DNA of 64,000 bases from Eledone cirrhosa (GCA_964016885.1 OZ024743.1:359166001-359230000); one strand, 5' to 3'. Shown: positions 13,515 through 25,781, counted from the first letter of the stretch. The notes: generated from the letters alone by a model not told the origin. Numbers and translations: made by a program.

Positions 13515-13851
13515 TCCTGTGTCAATGTTGAACAAAAGGGCGACGATGGTTGCCGAGCACTGTACGGCGTAATTCGGGCTGTTTGTTTACAAACAAACCG
13601 AACATTATAATAAATGTTCGGTAAACCCATACGTACATATATATATGTGTGCATGTATGTATATATATACATACTACTGTACGTCTGTACACATATATGT
13701 ATGTACGTATACATACTTATATTTAGGTATCAGCTGTACTAAGAGTGAGGAATGAAATATCGTTTAATTCTTTTCCATTTATATATACATATATACATAT
13801 ATACATATATACATATACATATATATATATATATATATACACATACATACT

Positions 13852-13943
<92 letters not shown>

Positions 13944-14135
13944 CGCAAACACATACATATGTAATATATATATACATACATATATACATAAACATATATA
14001 TATATATATAAAATCTTTTTCTCCCTTACACTTGCAAAAACCACACCCTTATACCCATCTATGTATATATATATATACACACACATATATATATATATAC
14101 ACATACACACATATATACATATATATATATATATA

Positions 14136-14242
14136 TAAAGAGTGAATAATAACAGGTAGACATCATAAAAAGGTAATTTATTCCGAGTGCTTACAAATGT
14201 TTCAACAGTAGTTATACTGCCTAGTCATGCTATGTGCAATTG

Positions 14243-14319
<77 letters not shown>

Positions 14320-14807
14320 AATGAATAATAACAGGTGGACATCATAAAAAAGGTAATTTATTCCGTGTGCTTACAGGTGTTTCCACGGTGGTACTACAGC
14401 CTAGTTATGCTATGTGCAAATTCACAAGTACTTGCAGAACTCAAATATCCAATACTATGACCACTGTTTCCTCGGAGCAGAATGGTGTGAGGAGCAGAAT
14501 GCTCTGAGGAAACAGTGGTCATAGCATTCGATATTTGAGTTCTGCAAGTACTTGTGAATTTGCACATAGCATAACTAGGCTGTAGTACCACCGTGGAAAC
14601 ACCTGTAAGCACACGGAATAAATTACCTTTTTTATGATGTCTACCTGTTATTATTCATTCTTTATATACACTCCGGAATACAGAAGGATCAGGAACTAAG
14701 TAGTTTCTTCAACAATTCTTCCATAACTCGTAGAGTAACCTCTTACCGTACGTCAACCATATCCAGTGTAGTAATTAACCATTACTACATCTTGGATAAT
14801 CCTATAC

Positions 14808-14810
<3 letters not shown>
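14136..14810. mobile_element. PLE pLTR-like repeat as a near-perfect inverted pair (14316-14479 / 14500-14663) plus partial copy at 14136-14240
   Basis: ~164-bp arms with a 20-nt spacer, flanked by TA tracts; each arm holds an HHR motif. Confidence 0.85.
14500..14611 (+). ncRNA. Type I hammerhead with 85-nt stem II
   Basis: tgct-CTGAGGA-aacagtggt...accaccgtg-GAAA-ca cc tg-TA-agca; mirror copy 14368-14479 (-) has a CCGAGGA core. Confidence 0.75.
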
Positions 14811-14889
<79 letters not shown>

Positions 14890-15062
14890 GGTAAATATTG
14901 ATGCAATTCAATTCAAGCACTCAACGTACTTTTTCCACATAGGAGTGACGGAGTAAATATCGAATAAGGAAGCGGATGAAAAACCCCAAAACACGCAATT
15001 CATCCGTTCCCATGTCGATCCAATTTGGATTGCCTCGGAAACATAACCTTATTATGTAACAA

Positions 15063-15136
15063 GCTGTCTGATGATGACACGACACTCGCACACAGAACAG
15101 TGTGGCCAGTGTCGTCACTGAAATATATATCACAGC
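15063..15136 (+). ncRNA. Type I hammerhead with 45-nt stem II
   Basis: gctgt-CTGATGA-tgacacgacact..cacac agaaca gtgtg..agtgtcgtcact-GAAA-tatata-TC-acagc. Confidence 0.85.
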
Positions 15137-15308
15137 ATTATTATTAAAGGACTTGAACATCTGAAACTACTTCGCTTTTCCTTATATATATATATATAGT
15201 AATAATAATAAATTCGAAGACTAAAATCCCAAAAGGGCTCGATAAGGATAAATATATATCAAATATATAAGAACCGTAGAGCAAATATTTATTAAAATAA
15301 CAGATTAA

Positions 15309-15359
15309 AGTTTAAGCAAAGAATTGCTGCTTTCACCCTTAACGGGATCTTCTGAAACT
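15309..15359 (-). ncRNA. Hammerhead-like motif with CAGAAGA core; in repeat 15197-15410
   Basis: Second copy of the 6675-6725 motif. Confidence 0.6.
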
Positions 15360-15446
15360 AACAGAGTCAATCTGTAAACGCAGAAGTGAATATTTAAAAA
15401 AACGTTGCAACCGGAAGAAGACAGGAAGACGATACTTTGGTGCGTG

Positions 15447-15712
15447 GAAACGTTCCCTGGCAAAGAACGGGAAAAAACGAATATAATACGTCATTAATTG
15501 GAGCGGTGAAAAACAATTACACGCAAAGACAGAACCACGTATATGGTATAAAAGAAGTCGTAGACTAATATTCTCTTAGGTGGTTCATAGAGACGTTCTC
15601 TGGCAATGAACGGAAAAAACGAAGATAATACGTCATGTGTGGAGCCTGGAGAACAATTGCACGCGAAGACAAAATCACGTAAATGGCATAACTGAAGTCG
15701 TAGACTAAATTT
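15447..15712. repeat. Diverged tandem duplication, period ~143 bp
   Basis: acgttc.ctggcaa.gaacgg..aaaacgaa.ataatacgtcat...gaagtcgtagactaa occurs twice. Confidence 0.85.
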
Positions 15713-16401
15713 CTAACTAGGAAACCGACTGATGCTCCGCTACAGAGTTAAGAATAAAGTAAATAAAATACAGAGGTAATTGAAATAAATAAATACATAC
15801 ACGCATCCAAGTACGTACATACACAAGCATACTCGAAAACACTCACCATAGGTATACAAATACACGCACATATAAATATGTGTGTGTGTGCGTGTATACA
15901 AATAATTAAATAAACGTATATAAATAAATAAATACGTATATAACAAGCGCACACACATACCTACATGTAAATACACAAATGTTCGGAGACGTACGTCAAC
16001 CAAAACATGAAGTACAGATACACACACCCAACATACGTACGAACCCGCATACTCACACAGACGCAAAACTCACGTATACACATAACCAAAAGCATATGTA
16101 CCAGAATATATAAAAATATACGCCATAACATATACAATCAAATATACGTACGAGAAAGTATACGTACCTTCACAAAATATACAGGTAATATATACTTACC
16201 TATGCAAATAAGTAATGGTATAAACATAACATATACTTAGCTACTACATCAAGACGTAAAATATCCACGTATAGATCGTACTATCCGTTAGGGTATAATG
16301 TGGGGCTGTAATGTGTGTGTGTGTGTGTGGGGGGGGGGTATCTGTTTGTATTTGTGTGTGTGTGTGTTTTACTGCTATTGCTGATATGTAAATACATCTA
16401 T

Positions 16402-16789
<388 letters not shown>

Positions 16790-16999
16790 CGTTTCTGAAT
16801 TTGCTTAGCAAGATTCTTTATCTGAAAACGTATGTTGAAACCGATATTGTTATGCTTTGGGAGGGTCATGTTGCCAATAAGAAACACACACACCGGCTGC
16901 TTTCACTTCAATTTATTATAAATTAAATTTATAAATTTAGGAATTTATAAATTTCCGGTTGGTTGGTTGGTTCCACAACCAGACGATTGTTCATATATT

Positions 17000-17042
17000 G
17001 TCAAAGTTCTTTCGTCACACATTCTGTGACCTCTCCAGTGAC
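17000..17042 (-). ncRNA. Type I hammerhead motif with A6G substitution
   Basis: Minus strand gtca-CTGGAGA-ggtcaca gaatg tgtgac-GAAA-g aa c-TT-tgac. Confidence 0.6.
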
Positions 17043-17099
17043 TGGTGATTCTTTTCTTTGTTTTTGTGCCTCTCCTTTGTTCTGTCCTACGCCATCTTC

Positions 17100-17134
<35 letters not shown>

Positions 17135-17140
17135 TATATA

Positions 17141-18185
17141 GAAAGATTTGAATAGATACAGTTTAGTTGAAAGGAATTTATTGACACGTGTTTCTATAAC
17201 AGTTACATAACCTGAAAACAGCTGCTATCTACAAAGTATTAGTTATGCAGACAATCAATATTTCAATGTTATTATTTACTGTCATTTCATTAGAATAATA
17301 TTACTGAGGACCCGTTTGGTTTTTATAGAGAATATTAGGAGAGAGGGGTGAAGTTGTTAGAAGAATAGTTGAGGGAGTGGTTTTTTGATAGCAGTGAGAA
17401 TTTTTGGTGGCAGTGAGTAATTAGATTCCCATCTGTTGTTTTGACATTTTTATAGAATATATTATTGGTTATTTTTCTAAATCTATAGAGGGATTAGAGA
17501 TAGTAAAGATATGCGTGGTTGGTTTTGTGTTTGCACTTAATTAACATTCAGACTTAAATTTTTTCTTTCTAGTGTACGTATCCTTTCACCCACGCATTCT
17601 CACACTAACATATTTGCACCCCTCTACAAAATATATATACTCACATTCACATAGTAACATGTTCATACTTACATACATATACACATGCATACATATATAT
17701 ATATATACACATGTATTCATGTACATACATACGCGTTCACGTGTGTACATTTTCATACTCAACTTATCTTTATATACACACGTATAGACACACACATATA
17801 TACATACATACTCTAGTCCATGTGTGTATATACACATATACATACATATCTCTCTCTCTATATATATATTCTCTCCTAATATTCTCTATAAAAACCAAAC
17901 GCGTCCTCAGTAATATTATTCTGATAAAATGACAGTAAATAATAACATTGAAATATTGATTGTCTGCATAACTAATACTTTGTAGATAGTAGCTGTTTTC
18001 AGGTTATGTAACTGTTATAGAAACACGTGTCAATAAATTCCTTTCAACTAAACTGTATCCATTCAAATCTTTCTATTTTTCTCCGGATTACTTTTGGAAT
18101 TTCAACTGGATCCGTCGAGCAAACTCTACGTGAGCTGTCAATCTACTGTGTGTAATATTTATATTACAACACAACGGAAAATACT
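17141..18185. mobile_element. Inverted pair of PLE pLTR-like repeats (17141-17345 / 17869-18073), each with a 92-nt stem II hammerhead
   Basis: Plus arm ttatt-CTGATAA-aatgacagt...actgttata-GAAA-cacgtg-TC-aataa (17916-18036); minus arm core CTAATGA; consensus CTGATGA. Confidence 0.8.
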
Positions 18186-18210
18186 ATATATATATATATA
18201 TATATATATA

Positions 18211-18490
18211 CTCGCAGAGGTCACGGCGATGCCTGGGTATTTTATGAAAGTCACAATATATTTTGGCACATATTACAAAATATTTGACCAATGAAATATC
18301 ATTGCTTTTTTACTAAAGTAGGAATTATAGCACTCCTTCCATTATGCAAGTATTTTCTCTCAGATCTCTTATTGTCCGGGCTAAAGCTTCAACTGTTCGT
18401 TTATGGCTCATTGAGGCTTCATCCCAAATTATCAACTTGCATGCTTGCAGGAGGTTGTCCCTGGCGGACACACAGAATCGAAAACTTACA
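18211..18490 (-). mobile_element. Helitron remnant with PIF1-like helicase fragment
   Basis: LLQACKLIIWDEASMSHKRTVEALARTIRDL is a PIF1/Helitron motif II region; degenerate 3' hairpin/CTAG-like end at 18211-18240. Confidence 0.7.
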
Positions 18491-18639
18491 GTTACACACA
18501 CACACACGCGCGCGCGCACACACACATGCACAGGCACACACACATATACATATAAATAAAATTAGAATTTTGTTTCTCGCCCTAGCACAGCTGATACATA
18601 AATGTAAGTATACACACACACACACACACACACACATAC

Positions 18640-19608
18640 AAAATAGACTATGTGTGTGTGTGTGTCTGTTTCCGCATAACTTCTACAACCGATTTTCTTC
18701 AAATTTGGTACAAACATGCGTTATGCTCCTGACCTTGGTACAAACTCATTACATTTCCAAATTTGTGTCTACTGCGCCCTCGATAAGAAAAAAATCGACT
18801 TAAAAAATCATTTTTGTCAATAACTTCTACAGTTTACATCCGATTTCCTTCAAATTTGGAACAAACATGCATTATGTTCCCCACTTTATTGTGGACTCAT
18901 AACATTTTGTTTAGTGCACCCCCTGGACTAGAAAAAAAAATCTAAAAAATCTGCATCGTTATAACGCCTACAGTTTGAACCGATTTCCTTCAAATTTGGA
19001 ACAACTATGCCTCATGTACCAAACATTATTTTGGACTAACCAATCTTTCGAGTTGCTATCTAATTCGGGCCCTATGTGAGAAAAACTAAATTTAAAAAAG
19101 TATCGACGTCAATAACTTCTACAGTTTGCGGCCAATTTTATTCAAATTTGCGCCAATTATGCTTTGTGCTCTGTTTAATATTTTTTACTCATAAAATTTT
19201 AGTTGTTCTGCCTACTGTAGCCCCTAGCAGCGGAATATCAACTCAAACGGCCACCTCAATTGCATGGTTTACGGCTTGGTCCCTGCGGGTTTATCAATTT
19301 TTCCCCACTGGCATAGCACGTGTTGCACAGATGTTTAGTATAAAGGGCGCATTCCATAAGACATTGGTTGTACCAGAAAAAGCTTAATTGGTGAAAAAGA
19401 GTCGGAACGGTTCTATTGAAAAAGACCCACCAACAACACTGGGTGTTACTGGTTTATTTTTTTCACCAAAAAAATAGGGAACAAACTACAACGTACGTTT
19501 CCGCTCCATATGCGCAACTCAATCATATTTGATATTTTATTTATACGTGTTACTTCACTTTTGAAGTTTAATTTTTCTAATCCCATGCAACGCTAGGCTC
19601 CACTGCTA

Positions 19609-19609
<1 letters not shown>
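18640..19609 (+). mobile_element. Non-autonomous Helitron-like element with internal subrepeats
   Basis: Four ataac.tctaca..ccgattt.cttcaaatttg subrepeats (~18676, 18820, 18961, 19112); ends cccatgcaacgctagg..ctgCTAG followed by T in a TA tract. Confidence 0.65.
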
Positions 19610-19637
<28 letters not shown>

Positions 19638-19640
<3 letters not shown>

Positions 19641-22600
19641 GGATCCAGTTGAAATTCCAACATACACAAAAGTCAACGCACTCTACAGACAAAAACGCAT
19701 CAACGGTAAGGAAATCCGAAATCTCATCACAGCAAACGAGAGAGATGACTTCATGAGCGTCATCCGACGCGAAACGAAATATGCTCAAAACGAATGCTGT
19801 AGGCATTTCAAGAAGAAATTAGAATGGATGAATAAGAAAAAACTACAAGAAAGGAAAATCGAATATTCTCAAAAATACCCAGATAACATCGACAACATCC
19901 GTATGAGTGATGTAAAACTACCGGAAGAATTTACCAATGACCACACAGTAAATATCTATGGGAACACTTTAATCAGTGAACAAGAACAACAAATCCTAAA
20001 GTTACCACCAAAATTTGCCATCTACAAAAAGATTAACCCTATGGAATGCAAAACTGAACTGGAAAAGTGTTTCACAAAAATACGTTGGAATGCAAAGGTA
20101 AACAACAACAACAATAATAACGGTAGTAGTAATATAAACAATAACTCTGGGTATAGAAATAACAGCCATAACCATAACAATGGCAGGAAAGTGAGAAATA
20201 GTGATAATGGTAATAATACTAGCGATAGACAGAACAACAACAACCACAATAATAATAATAATAGAAACGTTAACCACAGACACAGCAACAGTGACCACAG
20301 TAGTAATAACGGTAACAATACGAACAACAACAACAACAATAACCACAGTGGTAATAATGGAAATAGTACATGTAGCAACATCAACAAAAACAAGAAACAT
20401 AATAATAGTAACAACCACAATGGTAGAAATAGCAGTAACAACAACAACAATAACGGTGAAGTAAACAACAATACATCTAGCAATCATAACAATAATAATA
20501 TTAAAGCTAATGATAGAAACAACAACAACCACCATGATAATAATAATAGCAACACACACAACTATGACGATAGAAATAACGACAACCCCTTAGAGAAACT
20601 ATTTTTCAACCCAGCTGACAAAACATATAAGATGGGTAATATCTATCCTACGAGGTTACCCTTTAATAAAAGAGTTTGCATACCACAACAAATAGATGAC
20701 GAGACGGAGGCACAGTTCACCATAGCTAGAAATAAGATTAGACAAGTAGTAGACAGGTACACTATGAGACAGAGCAGACCAGAGGCCCAACAACTTGGGA
20801 TAAAACCTGTAGAAGGCTTGGTTAGCCTCAAGCAGCGCACAAGGGATGGTGAGGTAGTGTGTCTACCCACAGATAAGTCTGGTAGGATGTCAATAGATAG
20901 CATGCCGAACTACATCGAGGCAATGCAACCCCACATCACCAACACGAGCGAAGTTGCACAACTAACACACGATGGGAGAGAAAAAATCCTCAACGCTCAC
21001 ATGATGATGTGGACTGACATCCTAAAGCCAAGCAGACGCACTGCCAACAACTTCCAGGCGTCTAACAATGGCATACCACCCTTGTATGGGCTCCGCAAAG
21101 ACCACAAGACAGTCGACGACCCGACAACAGGACCACCAACAAGACCTGTATGCGGAGCTAATATAGCTAGCAACTACAGGATCTCCTACTTCCTCTCAAT
21201 GGTTATACGCCCCATAATCAAGATGTCCCCAGATGTATGTGAAAGTACAGAGGACCTCCTCAGCAGAATCAGTGAGTGCAACAAAAACAGGAGCCTATCC
21301 AACTGCATAATAGGCAGCATGGATGTGGTGTCACTGTACCCATCCATTAACATTGATTTTGCTGTGAAAAGATGTGTGGAGATGATCATTGAGAGTGAGG
21401 TGGAGTTCTGCGACGTCGACACAGACGAACTGGGCCTCCTACTTAGACTTACCTACGACACTGACTACCTAGACAGCCATGACCTTAGATGTTTCTGCCC
21501 TAGTAGACCTATAAGAGGTAGACCCCCCACCATAACCTCAATGGCTAAAAAGACTCCCATAGGAAGGTGGATTGGGTGGACCAAAGCTATACGGACCCCC
21601 CAAAACACTGATCAGGTAAGAAAAATGGTCGCACATGCAATAGGGGCTAGTATCAAAACTACCCTAAAGGGCCACATATTTAAGTTCAATGAGAAAATCT
21701 ACACCCAAAATGAGGGAGCAGCCATCGGCGTCAGCATAGCTGGCGATGTTGCCAACCTTTTCATGGTATGGTGGGAAAGGAGACTTAAAGATCTCCTTAA
21801 TGAAAGCTCCATAGACCTCATCATGTACTCTCGTTATGTAGACGATATCAATATAGTTATAAGAACACCCCCACTAGAGAGCACTAACAAGTTTGATTTA
21901 GAACGTAGCACGATGGAAAGCATCCAGCAGATAGCTAATTCCATACACCAGAGTATAACTGTAACTATAGACTTCCCTTCCAAACACCCTAACAATAGAC
22001 TACCTGTATTAGACACAGAACTCTGGATTAACACTATAGACGAGAGAGCCCAAATTCTCCACTCACACTATGCTAAACCCATGGCCTCCAAATACCTGAT
22101 ACTCAAAAACTCAGCAATGTCCAGTAGTGCTAAGTTTAATATTCTGATCGCAGATTTGGTACGAGTGATGAAGAATGTGTCCAGCATGTGCGACCCAACA
22201 GAAATGGAAGGACACATCCAACACTTCATCAACCGCATGCAGTTCTCTGGCTACAACCAAAGAGACAGAGTCAGAGTATACGAAGGAGCCATGGAAAAGT
22301 ATAAGACCCTCATAGAACTGGACATGAAAGGAATTTGCCCACTATACAGGAGCAAATCATGGAATAGCTTAGATAGGGCTAGACATAAGATAGGGAAGGC
22401 CACATCATGGTACGACAACCAGAGATATCAGAGTGTCATGTTTGTGGACGCCACCCCTGGAGGGAAATTAGCTAACCAGTGTAGAAAGGCCCTGAGAAAG
22501 ACCCACTTAAAAATAAAGGTGGTAGAAAAGCCAGGAACCACCATAAAATCCCTGATCAGCAAAACCTACCCTTTTAAGAAAACCCACTGTACCAATAGGA

Positions 22601-23400
22601 AATGTATCATATGTAAGGTGAACCCCCGGATAAACTGTAAAACTAGAAACGTAGTCTATAGCATAAGATGTACAGAGGGTACTTGTAGAAACACGACAAC
22701 AACATACATAGGTGAGACAGCTCGTAGCATAGGTGAAAGGATAGACCAACACTGGGGGGAACTAAAAGGACGAAAAAACGGGTCAGTACTATACGAACAT
22801 GCTAGACAACATCATGACGGTAACATAGACAACATAGAAATTAGAATAATATCTAAACATAGGAATGACCCAGCAGATAGGCAAATCAGAGAGGCCAGTG
22901 AAATAGAAATTAGAAGACCAAAGCTAAACAGAAAGAATGAGTGGAACAACAACAACACCCAAACAAACAACACTGACCTAAGAGAAGTATAAATAAATAA
23001 GTTAAGTAAATTAAATTAAATAAAATAAGATAAATAAATACATACACAAGCACATAAACACACACTAGTCACCCAGCAGACACAACACTATACACACTAG
23101 TCACACATCACACACGCAAACGCATGCGCAAAGAAGACAAAATAAAATAAGATAAACAAACAAGCAAACAAATAAATAAATATATAGACGGACTGAACAA
23201 GAAAAATGGCGTAGACATACAACACAACAGGAGGAACAATGAATATAACACCACTGACGATGTTGCAGATGTGCAACGAAAGATTTATGTAAACTATATA
23301 TATGTGTGTTTGTCTATATTGTATCTGTATTATTTTATTTTTGACCGCCGGTCAGTCAATGGCAACATTGAGGACCGAGTAAGTTAGATCGCAGATATAT
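19638..23400 (+). mobile_element. Penelope-like retroelement (Neptune-like), probably 5'-truncated, with 3' pLTR region
   Basis: Long RT-EN ORF; HHR-like motif CTGACGA-tgttgca gatg tgcaac-GAAA at 23254-23281; flanked by TA tracts. Confidence 0.85.
19753..22992 (+). CDS. PLE polyprotein: Asn-rich region, reverse transcriptase, Cys-rich linker, GIY-YIG endonuclease
   Basis: PTDKSG, LYGLRKDHK..PTRPV, GSMDVVSLYPSI, YTQNEGAAIG, YSRYVDD, LPVLD, CTNRKCIIC, NVVYSIRC..YIGET.R; no internal stops; frame open upstream to 19639, so the true start is uncertain. Confidence 0.95.
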   Translation: MSVIRRETKYAQNECCRHFKKKLEWMNKKKLQERKIEYSQKYPDNIDNIRMSDVKLPEEFTNDHTVNIYGNTLISEQEQQILKLPPKFAIYKKINPMECKTELEKCFTKIRWNAKVNNNNNNNGSSNINNNSGYRNNSHNHNNGRKVRNSDNGNNTSDRQNNNNHNNNNNRNVNHRHSNSDHSSNNGNNTNNNNNNNHSGNNGNSTCSNINKNKKHNNSNNHNGRNSSNNNNNNGEVNNNTSSNHNNNNIKANDRNNNNHHDNNNSNTHNYDDRNNDNPLEKLFFNPADKTYKMGNIYPTRLPFNKRVCIPQQIDDETEAQFTIARNKIRQVVDRYTMRQSRPEAQQLGIKPVEGLVSLKQRTRDGEVVCLPTDKSGRMSIDSMPNYIEAMQPHITNTSEVAQLTHDGREKILNAHMMMWTDILKPSRRTANNFQASNNGIPPLYGLRKDHKTVDDPTTGPPTRPVCGANIASNYRISYFLSMVIRPIIKMSPDVCESTEDLLSRISECNKNRSLSNCIIGSMDVVSLYPSINIDFAVKRCVEMIIESEVEFCDVDTDELGLLLRLTYDTDYLDSHDLRCFCPSRPIRGRPPTITSMAKKTPIGRWIGWTKAIRTPQNTDQVRKMVAHAIGASIKTTLKGHIFKFNEKIYTQNEGAAIGVSIAGDVANLFMVWWERRLKDLLNESSIDLIMYSRYVDDINIVIRTPPLESTNKFDLERSTMESIQQIANSIHQSITVTIDFPSKHPNNRLPVLDTELWINTIDERAQILHSHYAKPMASKYLILKNSAMSSSAKFNILIADLVRVMKNVSSMCDPTEMEGHIQHFINRMQFSGYNQRDRVRVYEGAMEKYKTLIELDMKGICPLYRSKSWNSLDRARHKIGKATSWYDNQRYQSVMFVDATPGGKLANQCRKALRKTHLKIKVVEKPGTTIKSLISKTYPFKKTHCTNRKCIICKVNPRINCKTRNVVYSIRCTEGTCRNTTTTYIGETARSIGERIDQHWGELKGRKNGSVLYEHARQHHDGNIDNIEIRIISKHRNDPADRQIREASEIEIRRPKLNRKNEWNNNNTQTNNTDLREV

Positions 23401-23501
23401 ATATATATAAAAGACAGCGAGAAGCGAAAACCAACCAAACAGTGAGTGTGTTCTGTTATTAATTCTGGCAATATTACGCAAATATGACCCTCCCCAAATA
23501 T

Positions 23502-23566
<65 letters not shown>

Positions 23567-23568
<2 letters not shown>

Positions 23569-23990
23569 GTACGTATGGGTTATATCTAACACTAATAATA
23601 ATGTTCGATTCGTTTGTAAACAAACGGCCCGATTTGAAGCTGTGCCAAACTGGTTATCGATCGTCACCTGTTTGTTCAACACTAGCTTTGGGGAACAATC
23701 AACATGTTTCTGGGTCATTACCCTTCATCAGGACTGTATACTTCTGTCAATCTATTGAACTGTTGAAAAAATATAGTATTTTCTTAAGTACACATCGGCT
23801 GAGTAGCCTCATTTGCATACCGAGCGAATTACGGCTGGCCTTGCTAGAAACATGTTGATTGTTCCTCAAAGGCAGGATTGAAGAAACAGGTGACGATCGA
23901 TCACCGGCACAGCTTCAAATCGGACCCTTTGTTTACAAAGGAATCGAACATTATTATTAGTGTTCGATATAACCTATACGAACATATGTA
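23567..23990. mobile_element. Family A element, diverged subfamily, inverted arrangement
   Basis: 23567-23840 on minus with full HHR and octamer; 23846-23985 on plus starting at the HHR GAAA. Confidence 0.8.
23695..23737 (-). ncRNA. Type I hammerhead ribozyme (family A variant)
   Basis: Minus strand acagtc-CTGATGA-aggg taatga ccca-GAAA-catg-TT-gattgt. Confidence 0.88.
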
Positions 23991-24044
23991 TATGTATATA
24001 TGTGTGTGTATGTGTATACATATATGTGTACGTGTGCATACTTA

Positions 24045-24146
<102 letters not shown>

Positions 24147-24744
24147 CATATATGTGTATATATATAAGTGTGTGTATATATACATGAATACAAACATAGC
24201 TAAAGGCCCAGATGGCACTTTGTTTTCTGTGGTGTGTATGTATGTGTCTCTCTCTCTGTATTTAGGTGGAGTTCAATTGTGTCAATTGTTCAAACTTATT
24301 TTCAGTGTTTGTAGAAAATACAAGAACAAAAGAAAAATAAATTAAAACAGCTAATAGTTCATATAAAGACAATTGAAAGTTCTATTGAAAGTATAAAGGC
24401 ATACATATAAAAGGGGCGATATTAATAGAATAAAAACCTTTCGAAGAGAAATCTTTTTCCCCCATGAAAAATAGGTTTTGGTGTTCTGATGTTTGTAGGA
24501 AGGTTGTGAGTTTTCCTTTGGTCGTTTGGTGTGTGTGTGTGTGTGGCTCCAGTGTATTAAAATTTAAAATGGGTTTTAATGTTTGCATATAAAAACAAGA
24601 ATAAAAGAATGAAGAGAAGTGAATAAAGATACAAATATAGATATAAACATGATTGAAAGGGGTCTTCGGGGAGTGGGCTACATTTGTCAAAGAAGGAGAT
24701 GTTTCTAGAAGATTTAATAAAAAAAACATTATCCAACAATCTTG

Positions 24745-25670
24745 CTCGGGGTCTACCCCTGAGTTTCGTGCCGACTGGCTTTTGCCAGCGATTCTTTCCT
24801 GAGACATTCTAACCAGATACCTATAGTACCGGAGTTGTGATCTCTCAATTCGGAAAAGTAATGTCTCTATCTGGAAAGACTCTCTGATCTCCGAGCTATG
24901 CACTCTTTTGAATAGCGTTACTCCAAAACTCCTTCGGAGGAATCCCATTTCGGCCGCTTGTATTCGCGATCTTATACTTCCGTTAATTACACAAGATTCA
25001 CGACCGAAAGTAAGGGATGGCATGAAAACCGAATTGAATATAGCGAGTTACGGTTTTACACCTACTTCCCTTCTTCAGCCTCCTGCCTTTCATTACTCGT
25101 AAACATGGCTCCGAGATACGTGAACTCCTCCACCCGCTTTAGTAGAATTCCATCCACATGTAGGGTGCATTGCTAACCATTCAAGTGCAGTCGGAGATCA
25201 CCTTCTGTCGAATTAAGTAATATTATGTTGCCAGCAAATTCCAGCCGACTGATTCTACACTCACCAGTCGTGATATCACTTCCAACCCAGCTGTGCATGC
25301 CAATCCTATTCATAAAAATGATGAACAGGTGAGGTGACTGTACGCACCCTTGGTAGAATCCGACTGAATTGGGCATTCGTATAGAGACATCAGAGAAACA
25401 AGAAGCTGATCATCGATCCCATGCTTCTGCAGAAACTTCCAGAGCAGGTCCCATGGAACGCGGTCATATGCCTTTTCAGGGTTTACAAAATAAGAACACA
25501 CCGCTTGGCCGTACTCCCACGATTTCTCAAAGACCTGCCGCAATGTAAATATTTGGTTAGCTGTGCTGTGTCCGGGGCTAAATCCACACTTCATCAGCTA
25601 GCTTCGACTCGACAATCCCCTACATCTCTTTGTCAGGCACTTAGTATATATTTGTTCAGCTCCTTTTATC
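24745..25670 (-). mobile_element. Decayed RTE-clade LINE RT/3' fragment
   Basis: CGFSPGHSTANQIFTLRQVFEKSWEY, EKAYDRVP, QGCVQSP.LF, IQAAEMGFLRR, IERSQLR; several frameshifts. Confidence 0.88.
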
Positions 25671-25781
25671 CTGCGGTGTATATATATGTGTGCTTGGTTT
25701 CACATGCACGGATTTTCTCACAGACAAGTGTAAATTGGTTTGTCCCATCTATAGATTTGTATGAAACGTTGATCCCTTTTA

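Larger units (their letters stand above)
12945..13782 (+). mobile_element. Non-coding hammerhead-bearing element (family A), ~1.5 tandem monomers of 434 nt plus inverted 5' arm
   Basis: ggcgac.atggttgccga.cactgtacggcg at 13105 and 13539 (period 434); 12945-13103 is the reverse complement of 13132-13296; one HHR in the complete monomer. Confidence 0.85.

Noticed and set aside
18676-19150. CRISPR-like regularly spaced repeats (also 30457-30770)
   Set aside because: Eukaryotic context, degenerate repeats with related spacers and no cas genes; Helitron-type subrepeats.
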